A stretch of DNA of 64,000 bases, taken from the NCBI GenBank assembly GCA_016874755.1, contig VGTH01000022.1:19421-83420 (forward strand), written 5' to 3'. Source of the stretch: Deltaproteobacteria bacterium (GTDB lineage: Bacteria; Desulfobacterota; Binatia; UBA9968). Below the pieces are notes generated by a model. It did not search any database, was not told where the DNA came from, and saw only the letters and a list, made by a program, of their open reading frames with translations. Positions 1-8,597 of the stretch are shown here, in pieces; the first letter of the stretch is position 1; every line of letters starts with the position of its first letter. The position numbers and the translations under genes are program-made.

Positions 1-605
1 CCGGTCTCATGCCGGCCGTCACCTGGCTGCACAAGGGCTACGGCCACCATGACTTCGATCCAATCTACGAAGCGGCGGAGAAGCTCGACATGCCGCTCAC
101 GATCCACGGCGCGCCCAGCCGCGGCATGGGCTTCGATTTCTTCAACAAGTTTCTCCACGTCCACACGCTGGAACATCCGTTCGCGATCTTGATTCAATTC
201 ACCCACATGGTTTTCGAAGGTGTCTTCGTGCGCTTTCCCAAACTGCGCGTGGCGTATCTCGAAGCCGGCTGCGGCTGGCTCCCCTACATGATGGACCGCA
301 TGGACGAAGAGATGGAGAAGCCCTACCGCGTTCAGGCGCCGCTGTTGAAACAAAAACCCAGCGAGCTGATCCGCAATGGCCAGATCTGGACCACCTGCGA
401 AGTCGAGGAGAAAGCGCTGCCGTCGGTGCTGAAACTATTCAATCCCAAATGCTTGATGTGGCCCTCGGACTATCCGCACGAGCGGCTGCCGGACATGTTC
501 AAGCGCGATATTCCGGAGTTTCTCGAACGGGACGACATCAGCGACGAAACTAAGAAAGCGATCCTGCACGACAACCCAGTGAACTTTTACCGGCTGAAGA
601 TTTAA
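1..605 (+). CDS. Amidohydrolase family protein (Amidohydro_2/LigW-like), 5'-truncated by window edge
   Basis: Motifs FDPIYEAAEKLDMPLTIH, RFPKLRVAYLEAGCGW, WPSDYPH, ILHDNPVNFY; the frame is open from the window start. Confidence 0.85.
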   Translation, partial: GLMPAVTWLHKGYGHHDFDPIYEAAEKLDMPLTIHGAPSRGMGFDFFNKFLHVHTLEHPFAILIQFTHMVFEGVFVRFPKLRVAYLEAGCGWLPYMMDRMDEEMEKPYRVQAPLLKQKPSELIRNGQIWTTCEVEEKALPSVLKLFNPKCLMWPSDYPHERLPDMFKRDIPEFLERDDISDETKKAILHDNPVNFYRLKI

Positions 606-610
606 GAAAG

Positions 611-680
611 TATCTCGCGCAGAGGCGCAGAGATCGCAGAGAAAAAATATTTTCCGAACTCAGCGCCTCGGCGCGAGATA
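611..680. repeat. Intergenic palindromic repeat (TATCTCGCGCAGAG...GCGCGAGATA family)
   Basis: Inverted termini TATCTCGCGC/GCGCGAGATA with internal CGCAGAG iterations; related copies at 15507, 16854, 45944, 63795. Confidence 0.75.
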
Positions 681-713
681 TTCTTCTGAATTCTCCCCCA
701 CAGGAGGCTCATC

Positions 714-1472
714 ATGCGTTTGAAAGACAAAGTTGCCATCGTCACCGGCGGCGGCGTGGGCATCGGTAAAGCCTATGCCCACGGTCTCGCGAAAGAAGGT
801 GCGAAGGTTGTCGTCGCCGATATTCAAGACACCGAAGCGCAGAAGGTCGCCGCGGAAATCAAAGCCGCCGGCGGCGCAGCGATCGCCGTCGCGGTGGATG
901 TGACGTCGCGAGAAAAAACTCAAGCCATGGCGGCCGCCGCGCTCAAAGCCTACGGCCGCATCGATATTCTCGTCAACAACGCGGGGCTCTATTCCGCGCT
1001 CAAGAAGAAAGCCTTCATGGAAATCGACGGCGACGAGTGGGACCGCGTCATGGCGGTCAATGTCAAAGGACTTTGGCATTGCGTCAAAGCCGTCTATCCG
1101 TCGATGAAACAGCAGGGCAAAGGCAAGATCATCAATATTTCGTCGGGCACGACCCAAACCGGCACGCCGATGTTTTTGCACTACGTCTCGTCGAAGGGTG
1201 CGGTGCTCTCGTTTACCCGCGCCTTGGCGCGCGAGGTGGGCAGCGACAACATCTGCGTCAACTCGATCATGCCCGGCCTGACTATTTCGGGCCCCAACCA
1301 GGAAGGGGTCACCAGCCCCGAGCAGCTCGCCGACCGCAGAAAGCGGCGCGCCTTTCAGCGCGACCAAGTGCCGCAGGATCTCGTCGGCACGGTGATCTTT
1401 CTTGCTTCTGATGACAGCGACTTCATGACCGGCCAGTCGATCGTCGTCGACGGCGGCATGAACATGCATTGA
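714..1472 (+). CDS. Short-chain dehydrogenase/reductase (FabG-like SDR)
   Basis: TGGGVGIG, NNAG, YVSSK (YxxxK); AGGAGG RBS upstream. Confidence 0.92.
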   Translation: MRLKDKVAIVTGGGVGIGKAYAHGLAKEGAKVVVADIQDTEAQKVAAEIKAAGGAAIAVAVDVTSREKTQAMAAAALKAYGRIDILVNNAGLYSALKKKAFMEIDGDEWDRVMAVNVKGLWHCVKAVYPSMKQQGKGKIINISSGTTQTGTPMFLHYVSSKGAVLSFTRALAREVGSDNICVNSIMPGLTISGPNQEGVTSPEQLADRRKRRAFQRDQVPQDLVGTVIFLASDDSDFMTGQSIVVDGGMNMH

Positions 1473-1499
1473 GGCAACGGGATTAGAGGGTCGCGAGAC

Positions 1500-2759
1500 T
1501 TATTCAAAGACTATACTCGTAAACGTCACCGCCGAGCCGGTCTCCTGCGTGAAGGCTTGGCCGTAGTGCAGGTGATTGCCGCGCGTGTCGTCGAGCAGAT
1601 GAATGAGTGAGTAGAGCGGCGAGAAGCCGCAGATTTTGCGCTTGTCCTGATCTTTGGCGATCTCGTGAAAAAATCCCGGCGCGTCCAGGGCAGCTAAACG
1701 CTCGACCAGTTTGTGGTCTTCGTCTTCAACCCATTTGAGGAACGCTTCATCGACCGGTTCGTGATCGCCGAATTGCTTGCCCACATGGGCTAGGTCGACG
1801 CCGGCAACGAAACAGACTTGCCGGCCGTCGGATTCGGCAAGCCGGCGCAAAACGCTAAGGAACTTGCCGACATCGTTTTGGCTCTCCGGCAGGGTTTTGC
1901 TGATCATCGCTTCGTGAAACGACGACACCAAGATTGGCACGATCTTAAACGGCCGCTCCGGTTTGCCGGAGAGCTCGGCGCGTTTTTGCGCGATGTACTT
2001 CAAATAGAGCACTTGGAATTCGACCGAATGCTCGCCGCGGTGCAGATACTCGTCGACAAAAAAATCGCTGGCACATTGCTCGTGCAAGCGGTTGACAAAT
2101 TCTCGATCGGTCTCGACGACGCCCAGCGGGGTCTCAAAATCTTTCAGCGTTAAAATATACGGCATTTCGCCGCCGCAGTGCGAAGTCCCAAGGATAATGT
2201 AGAGATCCGCCCCTGCGCTTTCCGCCAAGCTCTTGTACGCCCAGGCATAGGCGGGCCCGCCGCGATGGAAATCGATGTGCGGCGCAACGATCGCTTTCGG
2301 CGTCGGCGCAGAGTTTTTGCCCGCCGGCATGCCCGGCCCTTTCGGCGATTGAAAGTAACCGTCGAGCTGGGCTCTGAGCCCACGCGCATCGTTCTTGTAG
2401 CAACCACCCACATGCGCGGCGGCGCGCGTCGGCTGCCGGCGAAACTCTAAGATCAACCCTTTTTGGAACGTCGCGAAGTTCTCACTCTGCAAATAGTGCT
2501 GCTGGTCGAGCATGTCGACGAACTTTTTCAGCTCGTCGCTCAGCAGCAATGTGCCAAACTGTTTGGCATAGGCCTCCTGAATATCGAGCAGCGAATGCTG
2601 GCCGTCGAAGTGAGAAAGAATGAAATAACCCACCGGCGAAAGACCGATGGGGGTGGCGAAGTTGGCGGGATCTTTAAGATAGATAAGGGTCTGCTCCCCC
2701 TCTTTTACCGGGAACGCATCGACATATCGCAGCAGCGGTTTGTCCATGGGTCCGAACAA
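1500..2759 (-). CDS. AmmeMemoRadiSam system protein B (MEMO1 family) with N-terminal PqqD/RRE-like extension; start may be 2747
   Basis: APHIDF, LGTSH, EHSVEFQ, DLAHVG, KICG motifs of the Memo family; N-terminal ILSHFDGQHSLLDIQ winged-helix-like segment. Confidence 0.8.
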   Translation of the reverse strand: MFGPMDKPLLRYVDAFPVKEGEQTLIYLKDPANFATPIGLSPVGYFILSHFDGQHSLLDIQEAYAKQFGTLLLSDELKKFVDMLDQQHYLQSENFATFQKGLILEFRRQPTRAAAHVGGCYKNDARGLRAQLDGYFQSPKGPGMPAGKNSAPTPKAIVAPHIDFHRGGPAYAWAYKSLAESAGADLYIILGTSHCGGEMPYILTLKDFETPLGVVETDREFVNRLHEQCASDFFVDEYLHRGEHSVEFQVLYLKYIAQKRAELSGKPERPFKIVPILVSSFHEAMISKTLPESQNDVGKFLSVLRRLAESDGRQVCFVAGVDLAHVGKQFGDHEPVDEAFLKWVEDEDHKLVERLAALDAPGFFHEIAKDQDKRKICGFSPLYSLIHLLDDTRGNHLHYGQAFTQETGSAVTFTSIVFE

Positions 2760-2762
2760 AAA

Positions 2763-3062
2763 TCAGACAATGCCTAATCTCTGCTTCGCCTCCTCGGCGA
2801 TCATGCTCGGATTCCACGGCGGGTCCCAGACCAGATCGACAGTGGCATCGCTCACCCCTTCGAGCGCCATGATTTTCTGTTTGGCGTCGTTGGCGATCAT
2901 CGTCCCCATGCCGCAGCCCGGCGCCGTCAGCGTCATCTTTACCGCCACCTGATCGTCGTTGACTTCGACGTCGTAGACCAAACCGAGGTCGACGATGTTG
3001 ACCGGAATCTCCGGGTCGTAGCAATCTTGCAGCGCTTCGTAAACCTGTTCTTTGGTGACCAT
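2763..3062 (-). CDS. sufT: DUF59/SufT Fe-S cluster assembly factor
   Basis: DPEIPVNIVDLGLVY, MTLTAPGC, WDPPW. Confidence 0.9.
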   Translation of the reverse strand: MVTKEQVYEALQDCYDPEIPVNIVDLGLVYDVEVNDDQVAVKMTLTAPGCGMGTMIANDAKQKIMALEGVSDATVDLVWDPPWNPSMIAEEAKQRLGIV

Positions 3063-3075
3063 GAGAGTTTTCCTC

Positions 3076-4176
3076 TTAGCTCGAGACGATTTTCAACCCT
3101 TGAACTCTCTGCGCGCGCTCGGAAGCGATCGACAGTTGGCCGGCCAACTTGGCCGCGATATCGAGAAAACTTTTGCTTACGGGTGATTTCGGATCTTGCA
3201 CGAGAATCGGCACGCCGCTGTCGCCGCCCTCGCGCAGCGCCGGTGTGATCGGAATTTCACCGAGATAAGGAATTTGAAATCGATCTGCTGCATTCTTGGC
3301 GCCGCCGCGGGAAAAAATATCGTGCTCCTTGCCGCAGCCGTCGCAGATGAAATAGCTCATGTTCTCAACGATGCCGAGGATCGGAATCATCACTTTGTCG
3401 AACATCGATTTCGCCCGCACGACATCGGCCAACGCGACGTTCTGCGGCGTCGCCACCAACAACGCGCCGCTGACTTTCAATTGCTGCGAAAAAGTAATCT
3501 GCACGTCGCCGGTGCCCGGCGGCATGTCGACGACCAGATAATCCAAGTCGCCCCAATGCACGTCGGCCATCAATTGATGCAGCGCTTTGCCCAACATTGG
3601 GCCGCGCCAGATCACCGCCTGATCGGGGTCGAGAAAAAAGCCGATGGACATGATCGGAATGCCGTGCGCCATGGTCGGCGCGATTTTCTGCGCGCCGGCG
3701 ACGTCGACCTTGGTGGGCTCGCCCTTCACGCCCATGATGATCGGCACCGAGGGGCCGTAAATGTCGGCATCGAGGAGGCCCGTCGCCGCGCCGTGCGCTT
3801 TGAGCGCGACCGCGAGATTGGCGGCCACCGTCGACTTGCCCACGCCGCCCTTGCCCGCAGCGACCAACACGACATTTTTCACCGACGGCAAGAGATCGGT
3901 CTGTCCGGCGCCAGCTTTGCTGCCACGCACCTGAGCGCCGAAGTTAATTTCCAGCCCGGTAATCCCCGCCACGCTGGCCAGGGCCATTTTACAGTCGGTT
4001 TCAATAGTTTCTCGGAGCGGACAGGCTGGCGTCGTCAGCTCCACGGTAAAGCTAACCCTGCCGCCGTTTAGGGCGAGTTGCTTCACCATGCCTAGGCTGA
4101 CAATGTCTCGGTGCAGTTCCGGATCTTGCACGCGGCTTAATGCTTGAAGAATTTGCTCCTGCGTTACAGCTTCCAC
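3076..4176 (-). CDS. mrp: Mrp/ApbC (NBP35) Fe-S cluster carrier ATPase with N-terminal DUF59
   Basis: GKGGVGKST, DADIYGPS, WRGPM, DMPPGTGD, ENMS-x3-CDGC. Confidence 0.95.
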   Translation of the reverse strand: MEAVTQEQILQALSRVQDPELHRDIVSLGMVKQLALNGGRVSFTVELTTPACPLRETIETDCKMALASVAGITGLEINFGAQVRGSKAGAGQTDLLPSVKNVVLVAAGKGGVGKSTVAANLAVALKAHGAATGLLDADIYGPSVPIIMGVKGEPTKVDVAGAQKIAPTMAHGIPIMSIGFFLDPDQAVIWRGPMLGKALHQLMADVHWGDLDYLVVDMPPGTGDVQITFSQQLKVSGALLVATPQNVALADVVRAKSMFDKVMIPILGIVENMSYFICDGCGKEHDIFSRGGAKNAADRFQIPYLGEIPITPALREGGDSGVPILVQDPKSPVSKSFLDIAAKLAGQLSIASERAQRVQGLKIVSS

Positions 4177-4200
4177 AAGGTTCCTTTCGCGAATGAAAAA

Positions 4201-4230
4201 ACTATAGACCTATAAGGTCTATCAGGTCAA
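4201..4230 (-). promoter_or_regulatory. Sigma70-type promoter for mrp-sufT-memo with a palindromic operator in the spacer
   Basis: Minus strand TTGACC-N18-TATAGT; perfect inverted repeat ATAGACCT-ata-AGGTCTAT at 4204-4222. Confidence 0.6.
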
Positions 4231-4372
4231 CGATTCTCCCCGGCCAAAGCGCAGCGCGCAGAGTTTTCATTGCATCTGCCGCTACTTACCTTGCCGCTCT
4301 CGGTTTGCTCTGATAAAATTGAGGTAACTTTTACACCCTTAACAACACTTGCAAATGCGTCAGGAGGTTTCC

Positions 4373-4711
4373 ATGCGAAACGCTGCAAAGAGAGTGGCTT
4401 TGGTATGTCTCATCGGTGCGGTGACAGGCTGCGCTGGCGGTTCGATTACTAAGCGTGAAGCCGGCGCCGGCATTGGCGCGCTCGGCGGCGCCGCAGCGGG
4501 AGGTGCCATCGGGTCGGCGGTAGGCCGCCCAGGAGTGGGGGCGGCGGTCGGGGGGCTATTGGGGTTGGGCGCCGGCGCGTTGATCGGCGACCAAATCCAG
4601 GGAACCGACAACCGACAGATCGACCAACAGCGTCAAATCGACAGCAATCAGGCGGAAATCGAGCGCCAGCGGCGCGAGCTGGAACGTCTGAGAAAACAGG
4701 GCGAATATTAG
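4373..4711 (+). CDS. Glycine-zipper lipoprotein
   Basis: AGGAGG RBS, lipobox VTGC, GAGIGALGGAAAGG glycine zipper, C-terminal coiled coil. Confidence 0.8.
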   Translation: MRNAAKRVALVCLIGAVTGCAGGSITKREAGAGIGALGGAAAGGAIGSAVGRPGVGAAVGGLLGLGAGALIGDQIQGTDNRQIDQQRQIDSNQAEIERQRRELERLRKQGEY

Positions 4712-4811
4712 CATCCGGCACAAAAAATCTACTTTTTTTCCGAGTTAAACGTCTAATAGCAAAGCGCCGCCGCCGTGAGTTTCCCGTGGCGCGTGCCAAG
4801 AAGGAGTATCA

Positions 4812-5525
4812 ATGATGAATCTTTCAATGAAAAAGCTTACCGGTGTGGCATTGTCAGCCGCCGTTATTATTTCGGGGTGCGCCGGGGGTGAGATAACCAC
4901 TCGCGAAAAAGGCGCTGCCATTGGCGCGCTAGGTGGAGCCGCGGCCGGTGCGGCCGTCGGAGCTGCGGTCAGACGCCCGGGAACCGGCGCTGCCATCGGC
5001 GGCGTGTTAGGCCTCGGCGCCGGCGCAATCATCGGCGATCAGATTCAAGGCCAGCAAAACAAACAGGCCGAGCAACAGCGCTCCCTCGATCAACAGCGTG
5101 TTGAGATCGAAAAGAACCGCCAATTGATCGAAGAGTTGCGCAAACGCAACATCGACGCGCGCGAAACCGACCGGGGCGTCATGGTCAATCTGCCGGCGGT
5201 CAATTTCGAATTTGACCGCGCCGACCTGACCCGCGACGGTCAAAGCAAAGTCAGCCAAATCGCCAGCATCATTCGCAGAGATGCGCCGGGCCGCAGAATC
5301 TCGGTGGAAGGGCACGCGAGCCGCGAAAGCGCCGCTCAGGAGGATTACAACCAGCGGCTTTCCGAACGACGGGCTAATACAGTGGCCGATGCCCTTGAGC
5401 GCAACGGCGTCGATGGCCGCAATCTTGGCGCCCGCGGCCTTGGCACCCGTTCGCCAATCGCAACCAACGATACGGAATCGGGGCGCAGCCAAAACCGCCG
5501 CGTGGAAGTAATTATCGAGAACTAG
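4812..5525 (+). CDS. OmpA-family lipoprotein with glycine zipper
   Basis: Lipobox ISGC, glycine zipper, OmpA_C motifs NQRLSERRA and NRRVEV. Confidence 0.9.
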   Translation: MMNLSMKKLTGVALSAAVIISGCAGGEITTREKGAAIGALGGAAAGAAVGAAVRRPGTGAAIGGVLGLGAGAIIGDQIQGQQNKQAEQQRSLDQQRVEIEKNRQLIEELRKRNIDARETDRGVMVNLPAVNFEFDRADLTRDGQSKVSQIASIIRRDAPGRRISVEGHASRESAAQEDYNQRLSERRANTVADALERNGVDGRNLGARGLGTRSPIATNDTESGRSQNRRVEVIIEN

Positions 5526-6102
5526 CCGAGCCAAAGCGCGGCTCGGTGCCGGCGCGCAGCCGCTGAATATTGCCGCGGTGGCGCCAAACGATCATGACGG
5601 CAAGAAGAACTCCCATGCCGACTAAAACCGGCGGATAGGCTAAAAGCCACAAAGCTATTGGGGCAGCGGCAGCAGCGGCAATCGAGCCCAATGAAACGAT
5701 GCGGCTGCTGCCAATCACCCCAGCGAAAACCCCGACGAAAACCAACGTGGCGAGCGGCGCCAAGGCCAGGAAAACCCCCAACGCCGTGGCCACTCCCTTC
5801 CCACCTTTAAACTTAAGGTAGACTGGATAGAGATGTCCCAGAAACGCCGCGATGCCGGCGCAGGCGATCGCCAGTTCCGCTAAATTCATCCGGCGCCCAA
5901 CCACAACCGGCAGGACTCCTTTGGCGACGTCGATGACTAACGTCAGTATTCCCTGACGCTTGCCGACGACGCGGGCAACGTTCGTGGCGCCGACGTTGCC
6001 GCTGCCGGCACTGCGGACATCGACACCGGCGAGCTTTCCTAACACATAGCCGCTCGGGATCGCACCGATGAAATAGGCGCAAAGAATCAACAAAATTTCC
6101 AT
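5512..6102 (-). CDS. plsY: Glycerol-3-phosphate acyltransferase PlsY
   Basis: GSGNVGATN, GHLYP, GGKGVAT, HRGNIQRL-x2-GTE. Confidence 0.95.
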   Translation of the reverse strand: MEILLILCAYFIGAIPSGYVLGKLAGVDVRSAGSGNVGATNVARVVGKRQGILTLVIDVAKGVLPVVVGRRMNLAELAIACAGIAAFLGHLYPVYLKFKGGKGVATALGVFLALAPLATLVFVGVFAGVIGSSRIVSLGSIAAAAAAPIALWLLAYPPVLVGMGVLLAVMIVWRHRGNIQRLRAGTEPRFGSASSR

Positions 6103-6127
6103 GAGGGAGCAAACAATATGAACCGGT

Positions 6128-6772
6128 TTAAAACATCAAGCGGCTGCGCTTGAGCCGCTCGCGCCGCAGAGAGTGAATACCGCCGCAAATCCACCCTAGA
6201 ACGAAGGTCAGCACTGCAACGCCGAGCCAAATGGCGGTGCCCAAGCCGCCACCGACTAGGAGGTCGATCAACGGCCGCGATTTGCCGGCTGCTGCATTAG
6301 TGCCGACGGTAAGCGGCACCGGCCCCTTTGCCGCCGGAGCGCTTGGCACCAGAGCCGGCGCAGGAGGCACGGCAGTCGGAGTCACCGGTGCTTCTGCGGA
6401 TTTTTTAGGGTTGGCCACCGGCGTGGGTACGTTCGGTGGGACCGGCGTCTTGCCAACTTCTTTGGTTTCGCCGGCCTTCGCCGGCGTCCCGGCCGCTTTC
6501 TGCGGCTCGGAAAACTTCAACAAGTTCTTATGAATAAAGCCCCTTTGCCCTTCGGCGGCCGTCACCTGGTACCATTCGCCGTCTAGTCTTTCAACCATAA
6601 CGGCGTCGCCCTCCTTGAGGGTGACGATGATCGCCTGTTCGACGCTCGGGCCAACGCGCAGGTTCGCCGTCGGAGTGCCAGAGACCAGCGCCTTCTCAGC
6701 GCCGAAGGCTGGCGAACTGCTGAAGAAAGCGATTACTAGCGCAAGAAAAACTCGAACAATTGCGACGTGCAT
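6128..6772 (-). CDS. Exported SH3b-domain protein with Pro/Ala linker and C-terminal membrane anchor
   Basis: Signal peptide, NLRVGPS...WYQV...GFIH SH3b pattern, C-terminal TM helix. Confidence 0.75.
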   Translation of the reverse strand: MHVAIVRVFLALVIAFFSSSPAFGAEKALVSGTPTANLRVGPSVEQAIIVTLKEGDAVMVERLDGEWYQVTAAEGQRGFIHKNLLKFSEPQKAAGTPAKAGETKEVGKTPVPPNVPTPVANPKKSAEAPVTPTAVPPAPALVPSAPAAKGPVPLTVGTNAAAGKSRPLIDLLVGGGLGTAIWLGVAVLTFVLGWICGGIHSLRRERLKRSRLMF

Positions 6773-6816
6773 GGCTTTGACCTAATACGGGTTGTCTCAT
6801 GGCCGCTCTTCGGCCA

Positions 6817-6856
6817 CAAAAAAGCCCCGCATAGCGTGCACCCATGCGAGGCTTTT
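6817..6856 (-). terminator. Putative intrinsic terminator after the cupin gene
   Basis: AAAAGCC-CCGCAT...ATGCG-AGGCTTTT hairpin with A/T tails. Confidence 0.5.
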
Positions 6857-6876
6857 GCTCTACATCGAAACCAGAA

Positions 6877-7968
6877 CTACGGTCGTTTGTAGAAATTGGG
6901 ATCCATCTTCGTCGTGGTGCCGGACTTAGCGAGTTCTTCTTCGAAGGCTTTGCGAATCCATGGTTGTTCGTCGAAATATTCAATCTGGTTGCCGCCGGCT
7001 TTGACATCCTTGTCGACTTTGGTGATGTCGCCAAAGCCTTCGCCCAGGCTGTATTTGATACCGCCCAAACGCGGCGGCAGATAGCGCGCGCCCTCCGCTC
7101 CCGTGTTGAAATGTTGGTGCCACATCATCGCCGGCGGCGTAAACACGCTGCCGTCCTGCCAGTCGTAGCGTTTCGGCTCTTGTCCTTCTCTCCAGAAGAG
7201 TGAAAAACCTTTGCCTTTGATGATGATCACGTTGAAGCCAGGGCCATGGCGGTGGGCTTTCTTGTAAGTTCCCACGGGAAATTCCGAGATATGTGCCGCC
7301 ATTGAGCCGTTGGCCATTTCCAGGAAAACATTCTTACCGCCGGCGCCGCGCTCTTTCCATTCTTCAAGCGCGAAGTTACGCGCATCGGCGACAAAGTTGG
7401 TGTCCCACACACGCCCCGGATATGCTTTGCCTTTGCCGCTGAAGTATTCCGGGTCGCCGTCGAAGCGTTCAGTAAAATCCTGCGGCGTGTTGAAGACGAA
7501 TTGCTCATTGTGAAACAGGTTCAACACGATCGGCGCGCTGTTAACTGAAAAAAATCGCGCCGGCTCGCTGCCTGAGCCGTTGAAATGCTGGTAGGTGCAG
7601 TTGAGCGGCAGCGCGAATAAGCTGCCTTCGTGCCATTCGAACTGAGTCTTGGCACCTTTGTCATTCCAAATGGTCGTCGCGCCGCTGCCCTTCAAGACAA
7701 AGTGCAGATCTTCATACAGGTGGCGCATCGGGTTCAACTTCTTGCCGCCGGGGATTTCACTCACGTAAGAGCCGGTCGCCCCTTCAGCGCCTTCCATGTT
7801 GATAAAGGCACCACTGCCGCCGGTGCGCGCCCAGGGTTTGACCTCGACTTTCTTTAAGTCTTGAACGAAAAAGGTTTTCATCACCGGGATCCCCTCACCC
7901 AGCTGCCACTTGTCATAGAAGGGGATATTATCCATTATGTTATCGACTTGCTCAGCGGCTTTCGACAT
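6877..7968 (-). CDS. Bicupin protein (gentisate-dioxygenase-like fold), substrate unknown
   Basis: Two cupin motifs: MRHLYED...YQHFN and AHRHGPG...WHQHFN. Confidence 0.75.
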   Translation of the reverse strand: MSKAAEQVDNIMDNIPFYDKWQLGEGIPVMKTFFVQDLKKVEVKPWARTGGSGAFINMEGAEGATGSYVSEIPGGKKLNPMRHLYEDLHFVLKGSGATTIWNDKGAKTQFEWHEGSLFALPLNCTYQHFNGSGSEPARFFSVNSAPIVLNLFHNEQFVFNTPQDFTERFDGDPEYFSGKGKAYPGRVWDTNFVADARNFALEEWKERGAGGKNVFLEMANGSMAAHISEFPVGTYKKAHRHGPGFNVIIIKGKGFSLFWREGQEPKRYDWQDGSVFTPPAMMWHQHFNTGAEGARYLPPRLGGIKYSLGEGFGDITKVDKDVKAGGNQIEYFDEQPWIRKAFEEELAKSGTTTKMDPNFYKRP

Positions 7969-8163
7969 GATTTTCCTCCGAAAAAAACTATGCCGTTTTC
8001 ATATCGTATCGAACCGGTGAAAGCAAGGTTGTTGGCCGCGTTCTAGAGGCGCCCAAAACCCTCGGAAATCTCCTCGCTGAAAAACTCATAGCATTGACTT
8101 TAAAGTCGAAACTCTTCTAAATGGCGGCTACTATTTTAGTTGCAGCAGAAAAGGAGCGACGCC

Positions 8164-8379
8164 TTGGCGACAACCGTTGAAGCCCCCATGGTGGGCAAGG
8201 TTTTGAAAATCGAGAAGAACGTCGGCGACCATGTGGATGAAGACGATGTGGTGATTGTCATGGAAGCAATGAAAATGGAAATTCCCGTGGTGGCTCCTGC
8301 CGCCGGCACGGTTAAGGAAATCAAGGTGACCGCGGGCCAGGCTGTCGAAGCCGAACAAGTGCTCGCCGTTATCGAATAA
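8164..8379 (+). CDS. Biotin carboxyl carrier subunit of decarboxylase (MmdC/GcdC-like)
   Basis: EAMKM biotinylation motif; AAGGAG RBS before TTG at 8164. Confidence 0.9.
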   Translation: MATTVEAPMVGKVLKIEKNVGDHVDEDDVVIVMEAMKMEIPVVAPAAGTVKEIKVTAGQAVEAEQVLAVIE

Positions 8380-8435
8380 CTCGCCGCTCTGGCGCAAATA
8401 CCCTCTCACTCTATAGCGCTTTCCGAGGAACGCGG

Positions 8436-8588
8436 ATGAATCTAGATAATTGGACGTTTGGCTGGACCCTCGCCCTGATCGGCATGGGCGGCACCATGCT
8501 GGTTTTGTGGCTGATGAGCCTGATGATTTTATTGATCCGCAAAGCCTTCCCCTACAAGCCCGAAGACTCGGGCGCCAAGAAAGGTTAA
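8436..8588 (+). CDS. OadG/MmdD-like single-TM anchor subunit (50 aa, not in ORF track)
   Basis: Manual translation MNLDNWTFGWTLALIGMGGTMLVLWLMSLMILLIRKAFPYKPEDSGAKKG; GMG motif within a TM helix; lies between carrier and beta subunit; GAGGA RBS. Confidence 0.8.
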   Translation: MNLDNWTFGWTLALIGMGGTMLVLWLMSLMILLIRKAFPYKPEDSGAKKG

Positions 8589-8597
8589 TCGGCTAGA

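Noticed and set aside
660..1469. Long antisense or alternate-frame ORFs (also 9790-10911, 12154-13209, 33645-34727, 52968-54077, 58729-59913)
   Set aside because: Shadow ORFs of well-supported genes in GC-rich DNA, with no motifs of their own
4373..4711. Bacteriocin or RiPP precursor for the RRE-like Memo protein
   Set aside because: It has a lipobox, is divergently transcribed and parallels the adjacent OmpA protein; no maturase or exporter is linked
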